Source of the DNA: Candidatus Latescibacterota bacterium
GTDB lineage: Bacteria > Latescibacterota > UBA2968 > UBA8231
Direction: 5' to 3'
NCBI GenBank assembly: GCA_965248265.1
Contig: CBDFJF010000001.1
Location: 2,144,001-2,208,000, forward strand
Length of the DNA stretch: 64,000 nt
How positions within the stretch are numbered: position 1 is the stretch's first letter; the number at the start of each line of letters is the position of its first letter. Position numbers and translations under genes: made by a program. Below are positions 38,693 through 48,584 of the stretch, piece by piece. The notes under the pieces are model-generated. The model searched no databases and was not told the origin of the DNA. It saw nothing but the letters and a program-made list of their open reading frames with translations.

Positions 38693-39118
38693 TTATGGCA
38701 CCCGGGCGAATTCCACCCCCGGATCCTCGGACGGCGCTGGACTTACAAAGGGGTCTCCAGCCAGCGCGTGTTCGATGGCGGGGTGCAGCGCTGTGAATGC
38801 ACTCCGCTTTATCACGAATCCGGACGCACCTGCTGACCGCATGGCCTCCACGAACACCTGGTCTCGATGGATGGACAGGCCGACCACCTTCGCTGCAGTC
38901 GTGCTCCGGATTCTACGCGTCGCCTCGATGCCGTTGACCCTAGGCAGGCCGACGTCCATGATGACGACATCTGGTTTGAGTTGCTCTGTGAGTCGAACGG
39001 CTGACTCCCCATCTTCGACCTCGGCGACGATGGCGATGTCGGGATCGCGCTCCAGTACTACCCGCAATCCATCTCGCACCATCGGGTGATCGTCCGCCAG
39101 AATGACCTCGATAGTCAC
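38693..39118 (-). CDS. Stand-alone NarL-type receiver domain protein (no HTH)
   Basis: ILADDHPMVRDGL, DVVIMDVGLP, GASGFVIK; ends before any LuxR HTH. Confidence 0.85.
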   Translation of the reverse strand: MTIEVILADDHPMVRDGLRVVLERDPDIAIVAEVEDGESAVRLTEQLKPDVVIMDVGLPRVNGIEATRRIRSTTAAKVVGLSIHRDQVFVEAMRSAGASGFVIKRSAFTALHPAIEHALAGDPFVSPAPSEDPGVEFARVP

Positions 39119-39119
39119 C

Positions 39120-39344
39120 TTACCCTCTCTCGTTTTCGCTGAGGACCTCCTGCAGATTCCACAGCCGCTCTGACTTCGAGACCAATTCTGAAATCAGCTG
39201 CGGATGAGCACGCACCGTGTGAGCATCAATACGCTTGTACGCGGGTTGCTCGATCCCGGCTCGGTCCCTGGTGACCACGGCTGGGTCCTCGATTACGTAG
39301 ACATCATCAGGGCGACCGGCGCCTTCATACATGTAAAGGGGCAT
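39120..39344 (-). CDS. Small hypothetical protein (74 aa)
   Basis: GAGGT SD, AT-rich upstream region, 1-bp gap to the downstream gene. Confidence 0.6.
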   Translation of the reverse strand: MPLYMYEGAGRPDDVYVIEDPAVVTRDRAGIEQPAYKRIDAHTVRAHPQLISELVSKSERLWNLQEVLSENERG

Positions 39345-39554
39345 TCAGACCTCACTATCTAATAAGTAAATCATTAATAAACAGGCGCTTACGACCCGTA
39401 TGCACCGTACAGACGTCCCTGCATAGTCCGTCTTGGATGAAAAATAGGGTTGTGGAAGAACCTCCCCAATACGCTAACGACCTGATTTTGGGGTTCGGCC
39501 GGGAGGATTATTGGCTGAATCAGCGTGGCAGAGCAGGCTGTGCTCTGATTGGTT

Positions 39555-40214
39555 TCAGGATTCCAGGAAGGTGAGCCCTTCACGGATGGCGAACTTGGTC
39601 AACTCCGCCACATTGTGGATGTCTAGTTTCTCCATTATGTGCTGGCGATGCGTACCGATCGTCTTCTCGCTGACGTTGAGCGCCGCGGCAATGTCCGGTG
39701 TGGTTTTGCCTTCGACGATCAGCTGAAGCACCTCGCGCTCTCGGGCAGTCAGGGTGGCATTGCCGGCAGTGCTGGGGCTGGTGCCCAGATGCTGCACATA
39801 GTCCTCGATCACGGCGCCGGCCACTTTCGGACTCAGATAGATCTGGTTGTCCGCCACCTGACGGATGGCCTCGATCAGCTCTCGAGCAGCCCCCTTCTTC
39901 AATAGGTATCCGGACGCCCCGGCCTGAAACATCCCGGACACGAAGCGTTTGTCGGCGTGCATGGACAGGGCCACGACCTTGACGCCCTCACACCTGCGAA
40001 CGATCTGCCGGGCCGCATCGATGCCGTTGAGATCGGGCATGGCGATGTCCATGACGACGATGTCCGGTTGGGTTTTCGCCACCAGGTCAACGGCCTCCCG
40101 GCCGTTTCCGGCCTCACCCACCACCTTCAGGTCGGTCTGCTGCTCCAGCATGGCGCGCAGTCCCTCCCTGAACATTTCGTGGTCGTCGACGAGTACGACG
40201 CGCATGGACTTCAC
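39555..40214 (-). CDS. NarL/FixJ-family DNA-binding response regulator
   Basis: VLVDDHEMFREGL, MDIAMPDLNG, LTAREREVLQLI..KTIGTHRQHIMEKL (LuxR HTH). Confidence 0.95.
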   Translation of the reverse strand: MKSMRVVLVDDHEMFREGLRAMLEQQTDLKVVGEAGNGREAVDLVAKTQPDIVVMDIAMPDLNGIDAARQIVRRCEGVKVVALSMHADKRFVSGMFQAGASGYLLKKGAARELIEAIRQVADNQIYLSPKVAGAVIEDYVQHLGTSPSTAGNATLTAREREVLQLIVEGKTTPDIAAALNVSEKTIGTHRQHIMEKLDIHNVAELTKFAIREGLTFLES

Positions 40215-40223
40215 TTCACCCCC

Positions 40224-41312
40224 TCACGCTCCTGGAGACGCGGAGGCTGAGTCTCCGGGGACCATCATGATGCAGCGAGTGCCGTCGCCGAGACGCGATT
40301 CGACGCGCAGCCCACCGCCGACAAAGCGCAGCCGCTCCCGTATGCTGAAGAGCCCAAACCCGGCGTGACCTCTTGGAGTTGCCAATTCTGATACGTCGAA
40401 ACCACAGCCATCGTCTTCCACCGTGATGCGAAGGCTATCTCCATCGACGTCGAGGCCGACGGTTGCGGTGTTGGCCTGGGCGTGCTTGGCCACGTTGAGC
40501 AACAACTCACGAACGCAACGGAACAACAGAGCTCGCCTGTCCTCCTGTAGCGGCTCTGCCTGTTCATCTTCCTCGACCCGCACTTCAAGGTCGTACTGAT
40601 GGTTCAGCTGTTCGGCGAACCATTCGATCGCCTGACGGATACCCAGGGCATACAACACGGGTGGGCTCAGGTCGAAGGTCAACGAACGCACGTCCACATC
40701 CATCTGATCGAGTGCCGCCAGCAACTGATCCATAAGTTCGGCACGCTCCTGATCGGATGTCGATACCCGCAGGGTTTCAAGCTTCAGATTGGCCAACGCA
40801 AGTGTCTGTCCAACCTGATCGTGGAGTCCTTCGGCAATTCGGCGCCGCTCGCGCTCTTCGGTCTCTCCCATTTGGGCAGCCAGGGAGCGCAGCTCCTCTT
40901 GGTAACTCAGCAGTTTGTTTTCCAGGGATTTGCGGTCTGTGACATCCCGTACGATTCCCTGGTAACCGAGGACGTTGCCATCGGCGTCTTTGCGGACAGA
41001 CGTCGTCAGCAGGCAGTCGAGTTCATCGCCATCCTTGGTGCGCAGTTTGACCTCATAGTCACGGACGAAGCCGTGTGTCTCGATCTCTTCCTTGAAACGC
41101 GCCCGGTCTGTCGGGTGAGCGTAGAGGCTGCGGACATCGATGCCGACAATTTCACCTCGTGAGTAACCGAACAGCCCGCATGCCGCCTGGTTGGCCTCGA
41201 TGATCCCGCCGTCCCGCTCGCTGATCAGGATGGCGTCACGGGAGTCCTCGAACAGCGATCGGTACCACTGCTCGCTCTGGAAAGCCGTCTCTGAGATTGT
41301 CTGATCAGTCAT
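40224..41312 (-). CDS. Cytoplasmic PAS sensor histidine kinase (HisKA_3)
   Basis: PAS/PAC, ERRRIAEGLHDQVGQTL, ELLLNVAKHA, DDGCGF, GFGLFSIRER; no TM segments. Confidence 0.93.
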   Translation of the reverse strand: MTDQTISETAFQSEQWYRSLFEDSRDAILISERDGGIIEANQAACGLFGYSRGEIVGIDVRSLYAHPTDRARFKEEIETHGFVRDYEVKLRTKDGDELDCLLTTSVRKDADGNVLGYQGIVRDVTDRKSLENKLLSYQEELRSLAAQMGETEERERRRIAEGLHDQVGQTLALANLKLETLRVSTSDQERAELMDQLLAALDQMDVDVRSLTFDLSPPVLYALGIRQAIEWFAEQLNHQYDLEVRVEEDEQAEPLQEDRRALLFRCVRELLLNVAKHAQANTATVGLDVDGDSLRITVEDDGCGFDVSELATPRGHAGFGLFSIRERLRFVGGGLRVESRLGDGTRCIMMVPGDSASASPGA

Positions 41313-41375
41313 ACGAGCTATCGTAGTGATCGACCGTCACCAGATCAAGCAGCGTCAGCAGCCATCCTCTTTGGC

Positions 41376-41408
41376 AAAAAAAAAGAGGCCGAGATAAGTC
41401 TCGGCCTC
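41376..41408 (-). terminator. Strong intrinsic terminator
   Basis: Minus strand GAGGCCGAGA-CTTA-TCTCGGCCTC followed by a T run. Confidence 0.9.
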
Positions 41409-41710
41409 AACATTCCTGCTATGGGATCCGTCTCGCTCTGAGCGGAACGGCGGCAGCGTGGCCTCCCCTTCAATCAACCACCACTCGAGAAGCACAGCGC
41501 GACCGCCCAATACAGTCCGGCGGCATAGGCTACCCTCCTAACTGAATGAACGGTCCAGCATCCCCTTCGCTCGCAGCACCTCAGTCGACTCCTGCGGCCC
41601 TCTTCTGGGACGTTGATCCCGACTCAGAATCAAAACCTGAGCACTTGGGGCGCCTCGGGCCAACTGCGACGTGCTGCCCGAACCATTGCTGCACAAACCC
41701 TCTTCATGTT
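41376..41710 (-). ncRNA. Candidate structured small RNA (GGA-rich), may contain an 18-codon ORF
   Basis: About 490-bp gene-free gap ending in an orphan terminator; several hairpins and nine GGA motifs on the minus strand. The 5' end is a guess. Confidence 0.35.
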
Positions 41711-41746
41711 GCGTTTGAAATTTAATGCCGTGCTCCACCTGAAGTA

Positions 41747-41795
41747 ATAGGGTAATGACCTGATTCGAGTGGTCTGAAATCAGTATTTACCTGAT
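41747..41795. promoter_or_regulatory. Paired operator-like imperfect palindromes
   Basis: ATAGGGTAATGACCTGAT (41747-64) and ATCAGTATTTACCTGAT (41779-95), 31 bp apart. Confidence 0.5.
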
Positions 41796-41800
41796 TCCCA

Positions 41801-42613
41801 TCATACGCCGCAGAAAGCGGAGAACCCGCCATCCACCGCGACTATGGACCCGGTGACGAAGGAGGCGTTGTCCGACAACAACCAGAGGGCGGCGCCTACG
41901 ATCTCCTCCGGTTTGCCAAAGCGCGACATGGGCACATTCTGCAGCACGGTTTCGCCTCGCGCCGTGAGATTACCCGTCTGCGCGTCCTCGAGCAGGAAAC
42001 GGTTCTGCTCCGTGATCATGAAACCTGGAGCGATCGCGTTGACCCGTATCTGAGGGGCGTAGGTCGTCGCCATGTGCACGGCCAACCAGCGAGTGAAGCT
42101 GTCGGCGGCCGCCTTGCCGTTGGAGTATCCCAGAGCACGGGACAGCGGCAGCCCACCAGCGATTGAGGTGATGTTGACGATGGCCCCGGCTTTCTTTTGT
42201 GCGAACACCCGACCGACCGCCTGACAGGGGACTATGGCCGTGATGTGGTTGAGATCCATCGCTTTCCTGATCGCCGCCGGGGCGATATCGAAGAACTCGA
42301 GATCCGGAGTTGTGGTCGTGTTTTTGTCGCCGCCGCCGGCCCCGTTGACGAGCAAGTCGACGGTCGAAAACGCGGCGATCGTGCCTTCGAGGGCCTTGCC
42401 GACACTCTCCTCGTCCGTGGCATCGCACGCGAATGCAGCTGCCTCGCCGTCCTGGGCGGCAATCTGGTCGGCCCTTGCCTTACCCGCATCGGCGTTGATA
42501 TCCCATATGGCGACCCGGGCGCCCTCGCCCGCCAGGCCACTGGCGATCTCGCCGCATATCGCCCCGCCCGCGGCGGTGACGACGACGGTCTTGCCCTCGA
42601 ACTGCCCACTCAT
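41801..42613 (-). CDS. SDR oxidoreductase (D-mannonate oxidoreductase-like)
   Basis: VVTAAGGAIC, LVNGAGG, NITS, YSNGK, RVNAIAPGF..EQNRFLL, VDGGFSA. Confidence 0.88.
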   Translation of the reverse strand: MSGQFEGKTVVVTAAGGAICGEIASGLAGEGARVAIWDINADAGKARADQIAAQDGEAAAFACDATDEESVGKALEGTIAAFSTVDLLVNGAGGGDKNTTTTPDLEFFDIAPAAIRKAMDLNHITAIVPCQAVGRVFAQKKAGAIVNITSIAGGLPLSRALGYSNGKAAADSFTRWLAVHMATTYAPQIRVNAIAPGFMITEQNRFLLEDAQTGNLTARGETVLQNVPMSRFGKPEEIVGAALWLLSDNASFVTGSIVAVDGGFSAFCGV

Positions 42614-42694
42614 GAAAAACACCTGTCTGGTTGATCTGCTTGCTGTGGCAGTGAGAATTAAGGGCAACCGCGTCCCCACTGGCAAGCCTCCTCC

Positions 42695-44593
42695 TTACCG
42701 CAACACCCTCACATCGCCGTTGCGCTGGGTGGTGCCGTCGCTGTCGAACCGATTCAGCAAAGCCAGGGCATAGCGTCGATTGCTGCCGATGAGATCACGG
42801 AAGCCGGATACGGTGATCTCGGAATGGGCCTGCAGATGTTGCCGCAGCCGTTCGCGCACGTCGTCGATCGTCGTCGTGTGAAGGACCAGGGTGCCCTCCA
42901 GGAAGGTCACCTGCCCCAATCCCTCCAGTGCTCTCAAAATGACTTCGACGCTTGTGGCATCGGCTCCGGCTTGCTGCGCCAGCTCCTTTGTATCGGGAAC
43001 CTGATCCAAGGTCGCCTTTCTCAAGGCAGTCTCTATCTGCTGCTTGAGTTGTTCTTCAGCCCCCGAGAACTGGATGCGATGATCGGCCGCGCGTACCAGG
43101 GATCCCTCGATGGCAATGCGGCCGTCCACCATCAGAGACTCCAGGACTCGTTGAAACAGGGATGGAGGCACGTAGCGACCCAGCTGACGGCGCAGATCCT
43201 CGCGGTTGAGCCCCTTGGCCAGCGGGGTCTGTTCGTGGAAGGCAGCCAGCATCTCCTCGATCCCGGTTGCGATCTCGTTCCAGCGCTGCGCGTGCACCAG
43301 ACTGTCTTCTTGATCGACGATCAGGCGCAGGGCGCGGCCGTCGCTGACCAGCTGTCCGGCCAGCTCGTGAACTTGCTCACGCGTCAGTCCCATGTCGCTG
43401 CCCAGTTTCAGCAGACTGGCAAAGCCGCTGCTGGTCCCTGCCAACTTTGCTTCCACGACCTCGGCTCCGTCCCCCGACTCGATCGCCTTGAGGCGCTCGA
43501 CGAGGCCGCGTTCCGTCCGTCGATGCTTGATCGGATGTGCTTCGAGGATCAACCCGCCGCCGATCGTCAACGGCGGGGAGTAACGCCTGATCACGAAACG
43601 GTCACCCCATGCGGCCGCGACCGGAGACTCTAATCGCAACTGTACCAATCCGTCCTCTCCAGGCTGCAGGCGATCCTGCTCCAGCAGAACCACCCGGGCC
43701 ATGACCTCACACGTGCCCAGGTGCAAACGCACTCGCGTCCGGTGCTCGAGTTCCTTGGGACAGCTGGAAACCAGGCGCAGACGCGCGTCCAGCATGGAAC
43801 TGGGGGCCAGCGATCCGGGCTCGGCCAGCACGTCTCCACGCTGAATCGGCAAACGCTCCTGTCCGACGACGTTGACGGCGGCCCGATCGCCGGCGCTGAC
43901 GGCATCCACTTCCTCTCCGTGGCGCTGCAGGCTGCGTGTGCGGACCTCCTTGCCTGCCGGCAGTACCTCCAGCTCGTTCCCCTTCGACAGGTTTCCCGAC
44001 AACACCGTGCCCGTGCACACCAGTCCGAAGCCCTTGGCAGAGAACGCGCGGTCGACGCTGAGCCTGAAAGGCCCCTCGGATCGCTTTTCCTGGGTCTGCG
44101 CGATGGTCTGCTCCAGCTGCTGCTTGAGGTCGTCCATTCCCACCATCGAGATCGCCGAAACCCGAACGATTGGAGCCTCCTCCAGAAAGGTCCCCGATAC
44201 CAGCTCGCGGATGTCTTCCTCCACCAGGTCCAACCAGTCATCATCTGCCAGGTCGACCTTGTTGAGCGCGATGACGCCGCGCTCAACACCCAAAAGCTCG
44301 AGGACATCAAGATGCTCCCGCGATTGCGGCATGACGCTGTCGTCCGCGGCGATGACGAGGAGGGCAACGTCGATCGTACTGACGCCGGCCACCATGGTCT
44401 TGACGAAGCGCTCGTGTCCGGGGACATCGATGATGGTGGCGTGTTCGCCATAAAAGGCGAAGCCCAACTCGATCGTTATTCCCCGAGCCTTCTCTTCTGG
44501 CGTTCGGTCGGTATCGGTACCGGTCAATCCCTTGACCAGCAAGGTCTTGCCGTGATCGATGTGGCCGGCCGTGCCTATGATGGTATGCGCCAT
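42695..44593 (-). CDS. selB: Selenocysteine-specific elongation factor SelB
   Basis: [40 protein letters not shown]; winged-helix end [16 protein letters not shown]. Confidence 0.95.
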   Translation of the reverse strand: MAHTIIGTAGHIDHGKTLLVKGLTGTDTDRTPEEKARGITIELGFAFYGEHATIIDVPGHERFVKTMVAGVSTIDVALLVIAADDSVMPQSREHLDVLELLGVERGVIALNKVDLADDDWLDLVEEDIRELVSGTFLEEAPIVRVSAISMVGMDDLKQQLEQTIAQTQEKRSEGPFRLSVDRAFSAKGFGLVCTGTVLSGNLSKGNELEVLPAGKEVRTRSLQRHGEEVDAVSAGDRAAVNVVGQERLPIQRGDVLAEPGSLAPSSMLDARLRLVSSCPKELEHRTRVRLHLGTCEVMARVVLLEQDRLQPGEDGLVQLRLESPVAAAWGDRFVIRRYSPPLTIGGGLILEAHPIKHRRTERGLVERLKAIESGDGAEVVEAKLAGTSSGFASLLKLGSDMGLTREQVHELAGQLVSDGRALRLIVDQEDSLVHAQRWNEIATGIEEMLAAFHEQTPLAKGLNREDLRRQLGRYVPPSLFQRVLESLMVDGRIAIEGSLVRAADHRIQFSGAEEQLKQQIETALRKATLDQVPDTKELAQQAGADATSVEVILRALEGLGQVTFLEGTLVLHTTTIDDVRERLRQHLQAHSEITVSGFRDLIGSNRRYALALLNRFDSDGTTQRNGDVRVLR

Positions 44594-44705
44594 ATGACGG
44601 AATCTAATCGGCTGCCGTCTCGGCAACAAAAGTGCTGCAGCTTTGTCGTCCCCATGGCATCCCCTATATTCGCGACCGCATTCACTGAAAAATAGAGGAC
44701 GAGTC

Positions 44706-45329
44706 TTGGCGGAAGTACTACACATCGATCCCGAGCATATCAGGGGTCGCTCGATCGCCCGTGCGGCGGAAATCCTCAGGGAGGGCCGGGTTGTCATTTA
44801 CCCGACGGACACGATCTACGGCATGGGATGTGACATCACCGTCAAAGCGGGACTCGAGCGGATCAGAAGGATGAAGGGGACGGACGCGAAGAAGCCGATG
44901 TCATTCGTGTGCAGCGACCTCAACGACATCAGCAGGTACGCCAAGGTGTCGAATTTTGCCTACCGCATCCTGAAGCGGTGTCTGCCAGGCGCCTACACTT
45001 TCGTGCTACCGGCGACGAAGGAGACCCCTCGAATGGTCCAGAGCAAGCAGAAGACGGTCGGCATTCGCATACCGGATCATCCCGTCCCGTTGGCTCTCGT
45101 GTCCGAGCTTGGCAACCCTATCGTCAGCACCAGCGCCAACCGCACAACAGAAGAGGTGATAACGGACCCCATCGACCTGGAACGCCAGTTCGGTTCACAG
45201 GTCGGAGTGATTCTCGAATGCGGCCTGCTCCCGGTGCAGCCATCAACCGTCATCTCCCTGGTCGGAGATGAGGTAACCATCCTGCGTGAAGGTCAGGGGG
45301 ATGTCGAGCTGTTTCGCGAGCCGGTGTAA
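44706..45329 (+). CDS. Sua5/YciO/YrdC threonylcarbamoyl-AMP synthase family
   Basis: YPTDTIYGMGC, LPGAYTF, VGIRIP, STSAN; TTG 44706 after GAGGA. Confidence 0.9.
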   Translation: MAEVLHIDPEHIRGRSIARAAEILREGRVVIYPTDTIYGMGCDITVKAGLERIRRMKGTDAKKPMSFVCSDLNDISRYAKVSNFAYRILKRCLPGAYTFVLPATKETPRMVQSKQKTVGIRIPDHPVPLALVSELGNPIVSTSANRTTEEVITDPIDLERQFGSQVGVILECGLLPVQPSTVISLVGDEVTILREGQGDVELFREPV

Positions 45330-45333
45330 GCAC

Positions 45334-45603
45334 TCAACTGTCTTCCTCGCCATCGTCGTCGTCTTCGAAGTAATCTCCGTATAACTCTACCAGTTCAGGG
45401 GTGTCACGAACGTATTGGCGCCAGTCATCGAGTACGGACTTCGAGTCCACGCACTTGGGACACAAAACCAGCATATTGTGTTCATCCGTGCCCTGAAAAC
45501 CGCGGTCGTAACACACCTTGCATTTCGATGTACGACGGTGATGCAGCGCCAGGTCTTTGGCTTTGTCCAGATGGTTGTCCGGTAGTCTCGGTGTTTCGCT
45601 CAT
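45334..45603 (-). CDS. Small putative zinc-ribbon protein
   Basis: CKVCYDRG...LCPKC (two CxxC motifs) and an acidic tail. Confidence 0.7.
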   Translation of the reverse strand: MSETPRLPDNHLDKAKDLALHHRRTSKCKVCYDRGFQGTDEHNMLVLCPKCVDSKSVLDDWRQYVRDTPELVELYGDYFEDDDDGEEDS

Positions 45604-45668
45604 GAAGTTATTGCTCGACGGGGTCTCCCGGCCTGATGCCCCGGGGTTGTGATAGAAGGAATCGAAAG

Positions 45669-48167
45669 ATGAAAAGTGACCATCAGCAACACAAGAGTAG
45701 TCCTCTTCTTCTAACCGTTGTTGGGGTTGCCCTGGCATTCACCCTGGGCATGTACCCGGCTCCCAGTATCGCGGTAGATTTTACTCCGTTTGCGGCCCGT
45801 ACTGAATTCCTGCCCCAATCACCGGGTGGGGCACGTACCGGCCTGTACGGGTACGTGAACCCGGCCATGCTGACCTATGTCGACGAAATGGAAAGCGTGT
45901 TCACCTGGTCGGATGAAACGGCCATCGCCGGTGCTGCCAACGACTGGGGGTGGTACATGGGACTGCCCCACCTGGGATTTGGCGTGGCAGACCGCGCCGT
46001 TCCCGGAGGTGGGGAAGGGTACAGGGAATACCGACTCGCCCTCGCCGGCGGCGATCGCACTCACGGCGTAGGTCTGGCCTACGGGTGGGCCAATGGTGGC
46101 ACCTCACTTGTACGGCCGCCAAACGTTCTCGTCATTGGCTCGCTGATCAGACCGTCACCATCCTTGTCAGTCGGTCTGACATTGACCTCGACACCCTCTG
46201 CCTCTGCTCGCGAGGGTGCCGCTGATCTGTCGTTGCGGCCACTCGCCGACGACCGTCTCACTCTGTTCGGCGCCGCGGCGGCATCGAACGACCGTGCCGG
46301 AGGAGAACGCTTCTGGAGGACCGGCGCAACCCTGACTCCATTGCCGGGATTGAGTATCTCCGCCGGCTATCGCGACGATGGGACCGTGACTGCCGGCGTC
46401 CACGTGAATCTTGGCAGTTTGGATCTGTGGACGCAGACGCTACGCAATCGGTCCTCCTCTGTGCCTGGCGGCCCGGAGCGGACCCGTCAGACCTATGCGA
46501 TCCGCCTCGGAGGCCAACGCGCCAATCTGATGTCTCTGCTGATGCCCAGCCCGACACGCTATCTGGACATCGACCTCAACGGACCGCTGAACCATCGTCG
46601 ATTCCCCCTCTTCGATCAGTCACGCACCTTGGCAAAGCTGTTGGTGACCATCCGGCAGGCGCAAGACGACCCTGACATCAGCGGCATCGCCATCAACACT
46701 TCTGGTATGCGCATAAGCTGGGAAAAAGCCTGGGAGGTGCGTCGTGCCTTGAAGGAATTCCGTCAGACCGGCAAGCAGATCGTCGTCTTTGCGGACCGCC
46801 TGGACCTGCGGGGTTATCATTTCGCCTCGATCGCCGACCGCCTTGTCCTCGACCCGGCCGGAATGGTAACCCTGGAGGGCTTTGTAGCTGGGCAGACCTA
46901 CTACAGTAAGGCGCTGGAGAAGATCGGCGTCGGCGTGGAGGAATGGCGCTACTTCAAATACAAGTCAATGTTCGAACCCCTGACCCGTGAACAGATGTCA
47001 GAGGCCGACCGAGAACAATGGCAGGCGTTGCTGGACGACTTCTACACACTGGCCCGCGACGAGATTGTCGCTGAGCGACCGTTGACGGGTGCGCAGTATG
47101 ACGAGCTCATCAACCAGACCGTGGTATTGTTTCCCTCCGAGGCCGTCGCTCACGGTCTCGTCGATACGCTGGGTCGTCCCGAGGACCTCGAATCCATCAT
47201 TGAGGCCTCCGTTGGATCCAGTCCGTTGATGATCGCGGACCATTCGTACCGACCGCATGCCCGCGACGATTGGGGGGAGCCTCCCAGAATCGCCGTCGTC
47301 TATGCACTGGGCATGTGCGCGATGGACAGCGGCATTCGCGCCCGCACCCTCATCAAGGACATCGAGACAGCGGTGGAGGACCAGCATGTCAAGGCAGTCG
47401 TCCTGCGCGTCGATTCGCCCGGGGGTTACGTACTGGCCTCTGACCGAGTTGCTGAAGCGGTGCGTCAGGGGCGTGATCACAAGCCCTTTGTCGTGTCGCA
47501 GGGATCGGTTGCCGCTTCAGGCGGCTATTGGCTTTCCATGTACGGTGACGCCGTGGTCGCCGCGCCCAACACCATCACAGGCTCGATCGGCGTGATTAGC
47601 GGATGGATCTACAACCGGGGATTGAAGGAGAAGCTGGCATTGTCCACCGACCACGTTCAGGTAGGCCGCCACGCCGATGCCAGGTTCGGCATGAGCCTGC
47701 CCCTGATCGGTGTGAAGTTGCCCGACCGCAACCTCAACCAGGCCGAAATGGCACGGGTCGAGCATGTCATCCGGACCACGTATGATCAGTTCGTCGGCAA
47801 GGTCGCCGACGGTCGAAAACGCACGCTAGAGGATATTGGTGAGATAGCGCAGGGCCGTGTCTGGTCTGGAGTACAAGCCCTGGAGATCGGCCTGGTCGAT
47901 CAGTTGGGTGGATTGGATGTAGCGATCAATGTAGCCAAACAGAAGGCGGGAATAGACGGTGTCCCCACCAACATCGTGGAGTATCCCCGTCTCGGTCTGT
48001 TCGATGCTGAACTACTCAGGCCGCAGCTGTTGGGAATCGGCGCTGGGGTACCCGATCAGCTGGAAGCGACGAACTCGGCCTCCGATTATCTGCGCTTCAG
48101 GATCGAGCACAACGGCGAGCCGCTGTTGCTGATGCCGATGGATCAAGCGTTGCGCCTTGGGAACTGA
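45669..48167 (+). CDS. sppA: S49 peptidase (SppA, two-domain) with long N-terminal beta-rich extension
   Basis: YKSMFEP, VLRVDSPGG, AASGGYW, TITGSIGV, AQGRVWSG, GLVDQLGGL. Confidence 0.88.
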   Translation: MKSDHQQHKSSPLLLTVVGVALAFTLGMYPAPSIAVDFTPFAARTEFLPQSPGGARTGLYGYVNPAMLTYVDEMESVFTWSDETAIAGAANDWGWYMGLPHLGFGVADRAVPGGGEGYREYRLALAGGDRTHGVGLAYGWANGGTSLVRPPNVLVIGSLIRPSPSLSVGLTLTSTPSASAREGAADLSLRPLADDRLTLFGAAAASNDRAGGERFWRTGATLTPLPGLSISAGYRDDGTVTAGVHVNLGSLDLWTQTLRNRSSSVPGGPERTRQTYAIRLGGQRANLMSLLMPSPTRYLDIDLNGPLNHRRFPLFDQSRTLAKLLVTIRQAQDDPDISGIAINTSGMRISWEKAWEVRRALKEFRQTGKQIVVFADRLDLRGYHFASIADRLVLDPAGMVTLEGFVAGQTYYSKALEKIGVGVEEWRYFKYKSMFEPLTREQMSEADREQWQALLDDFYTLARDEIVAERPLTGAQYDELINQTVVLFPSEAVAHGLVDTLGRPEDLESIIEASVGSSPLMIADHSYRPHARDDWGEPPRIAVVYALGMCAMDSGIRARTLIKDIETAVEDQHVKAVVLRVDSPGGYVLASDRVAEAVRQGRDHKPFVVSQGSVAASGGYWLSMYGDAVVAAPNTITGSIGVISGWIYNRGLKEKLALSTDHVQVGRHADARFGMSLPLIGVKLPDRNLNQAEMARVEHVIRTTYDQFVGKVADGRKRTLEDIGEIAQGRVWSGVQALEIGLVDQLGGLDVAINVAKQKAGIDGVPTNIVEYPRLGLFDAELLRPQLLGIGAGVPDQLEATNSASDYLRFRIEHNGEPLLLMPMDQALRLGN

Positions 48168-48189
48168 ATCGCCACCACACTGCTTCCGG

Positions 48190-48486
48190 CTAATCGTCAT
48201 CATTGTCCTGGCTTGGTGGTGGTGGCGGCACCCGGCGATCATTCGGTGCTGGTGATATGCGTCGCCGTCCACGACCCCGTCCGCGACCCCGTCCGCGGCT
48301 CTGATTGCCACCGGACCCACCGCTGCCATACGCCGTTTCGCTGAGCAGGAATGTTTCGATCACCGGGGCCACGTAGGCTACCTTCTTGATGAATTCGCGG
48401 CGGCTTGCGCCTGGGCGTTCGCCTTCGTTCGCATCCTGGGCCTGCGAATCAGACTGTTGGGTTTTCTCTTCGTCGGAATCAGACAT
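48190..48486 (-). CDS. Small protein with twin-arginine motif and RG/Pro-rich C-terminus
   Basis: SRREFIKKVAYVAP; SRGRGRGRGRGRRR; PPPPP; fills the gap between two genes. Confidence 0.7.
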   Translation of the reverse strand: MSDSDEEKTQQSDSQAQDANEGERPGASRREFIKKVAYVAPVIETFLLSETAYGSGGSGGNQSRGRGRGRGRGRRRISPAPNDRRVPPPPPSQDNDDD

Positions 48487-48584
48487 CGTTTACTCGTGGA
48501 ATGTGATTGCGACTGCTCGTCGCACGAATATACCTCTGGCCGGGGAATCTTCCAATGTTGCGAGTGTCCGCATCCGTTGGCTCC

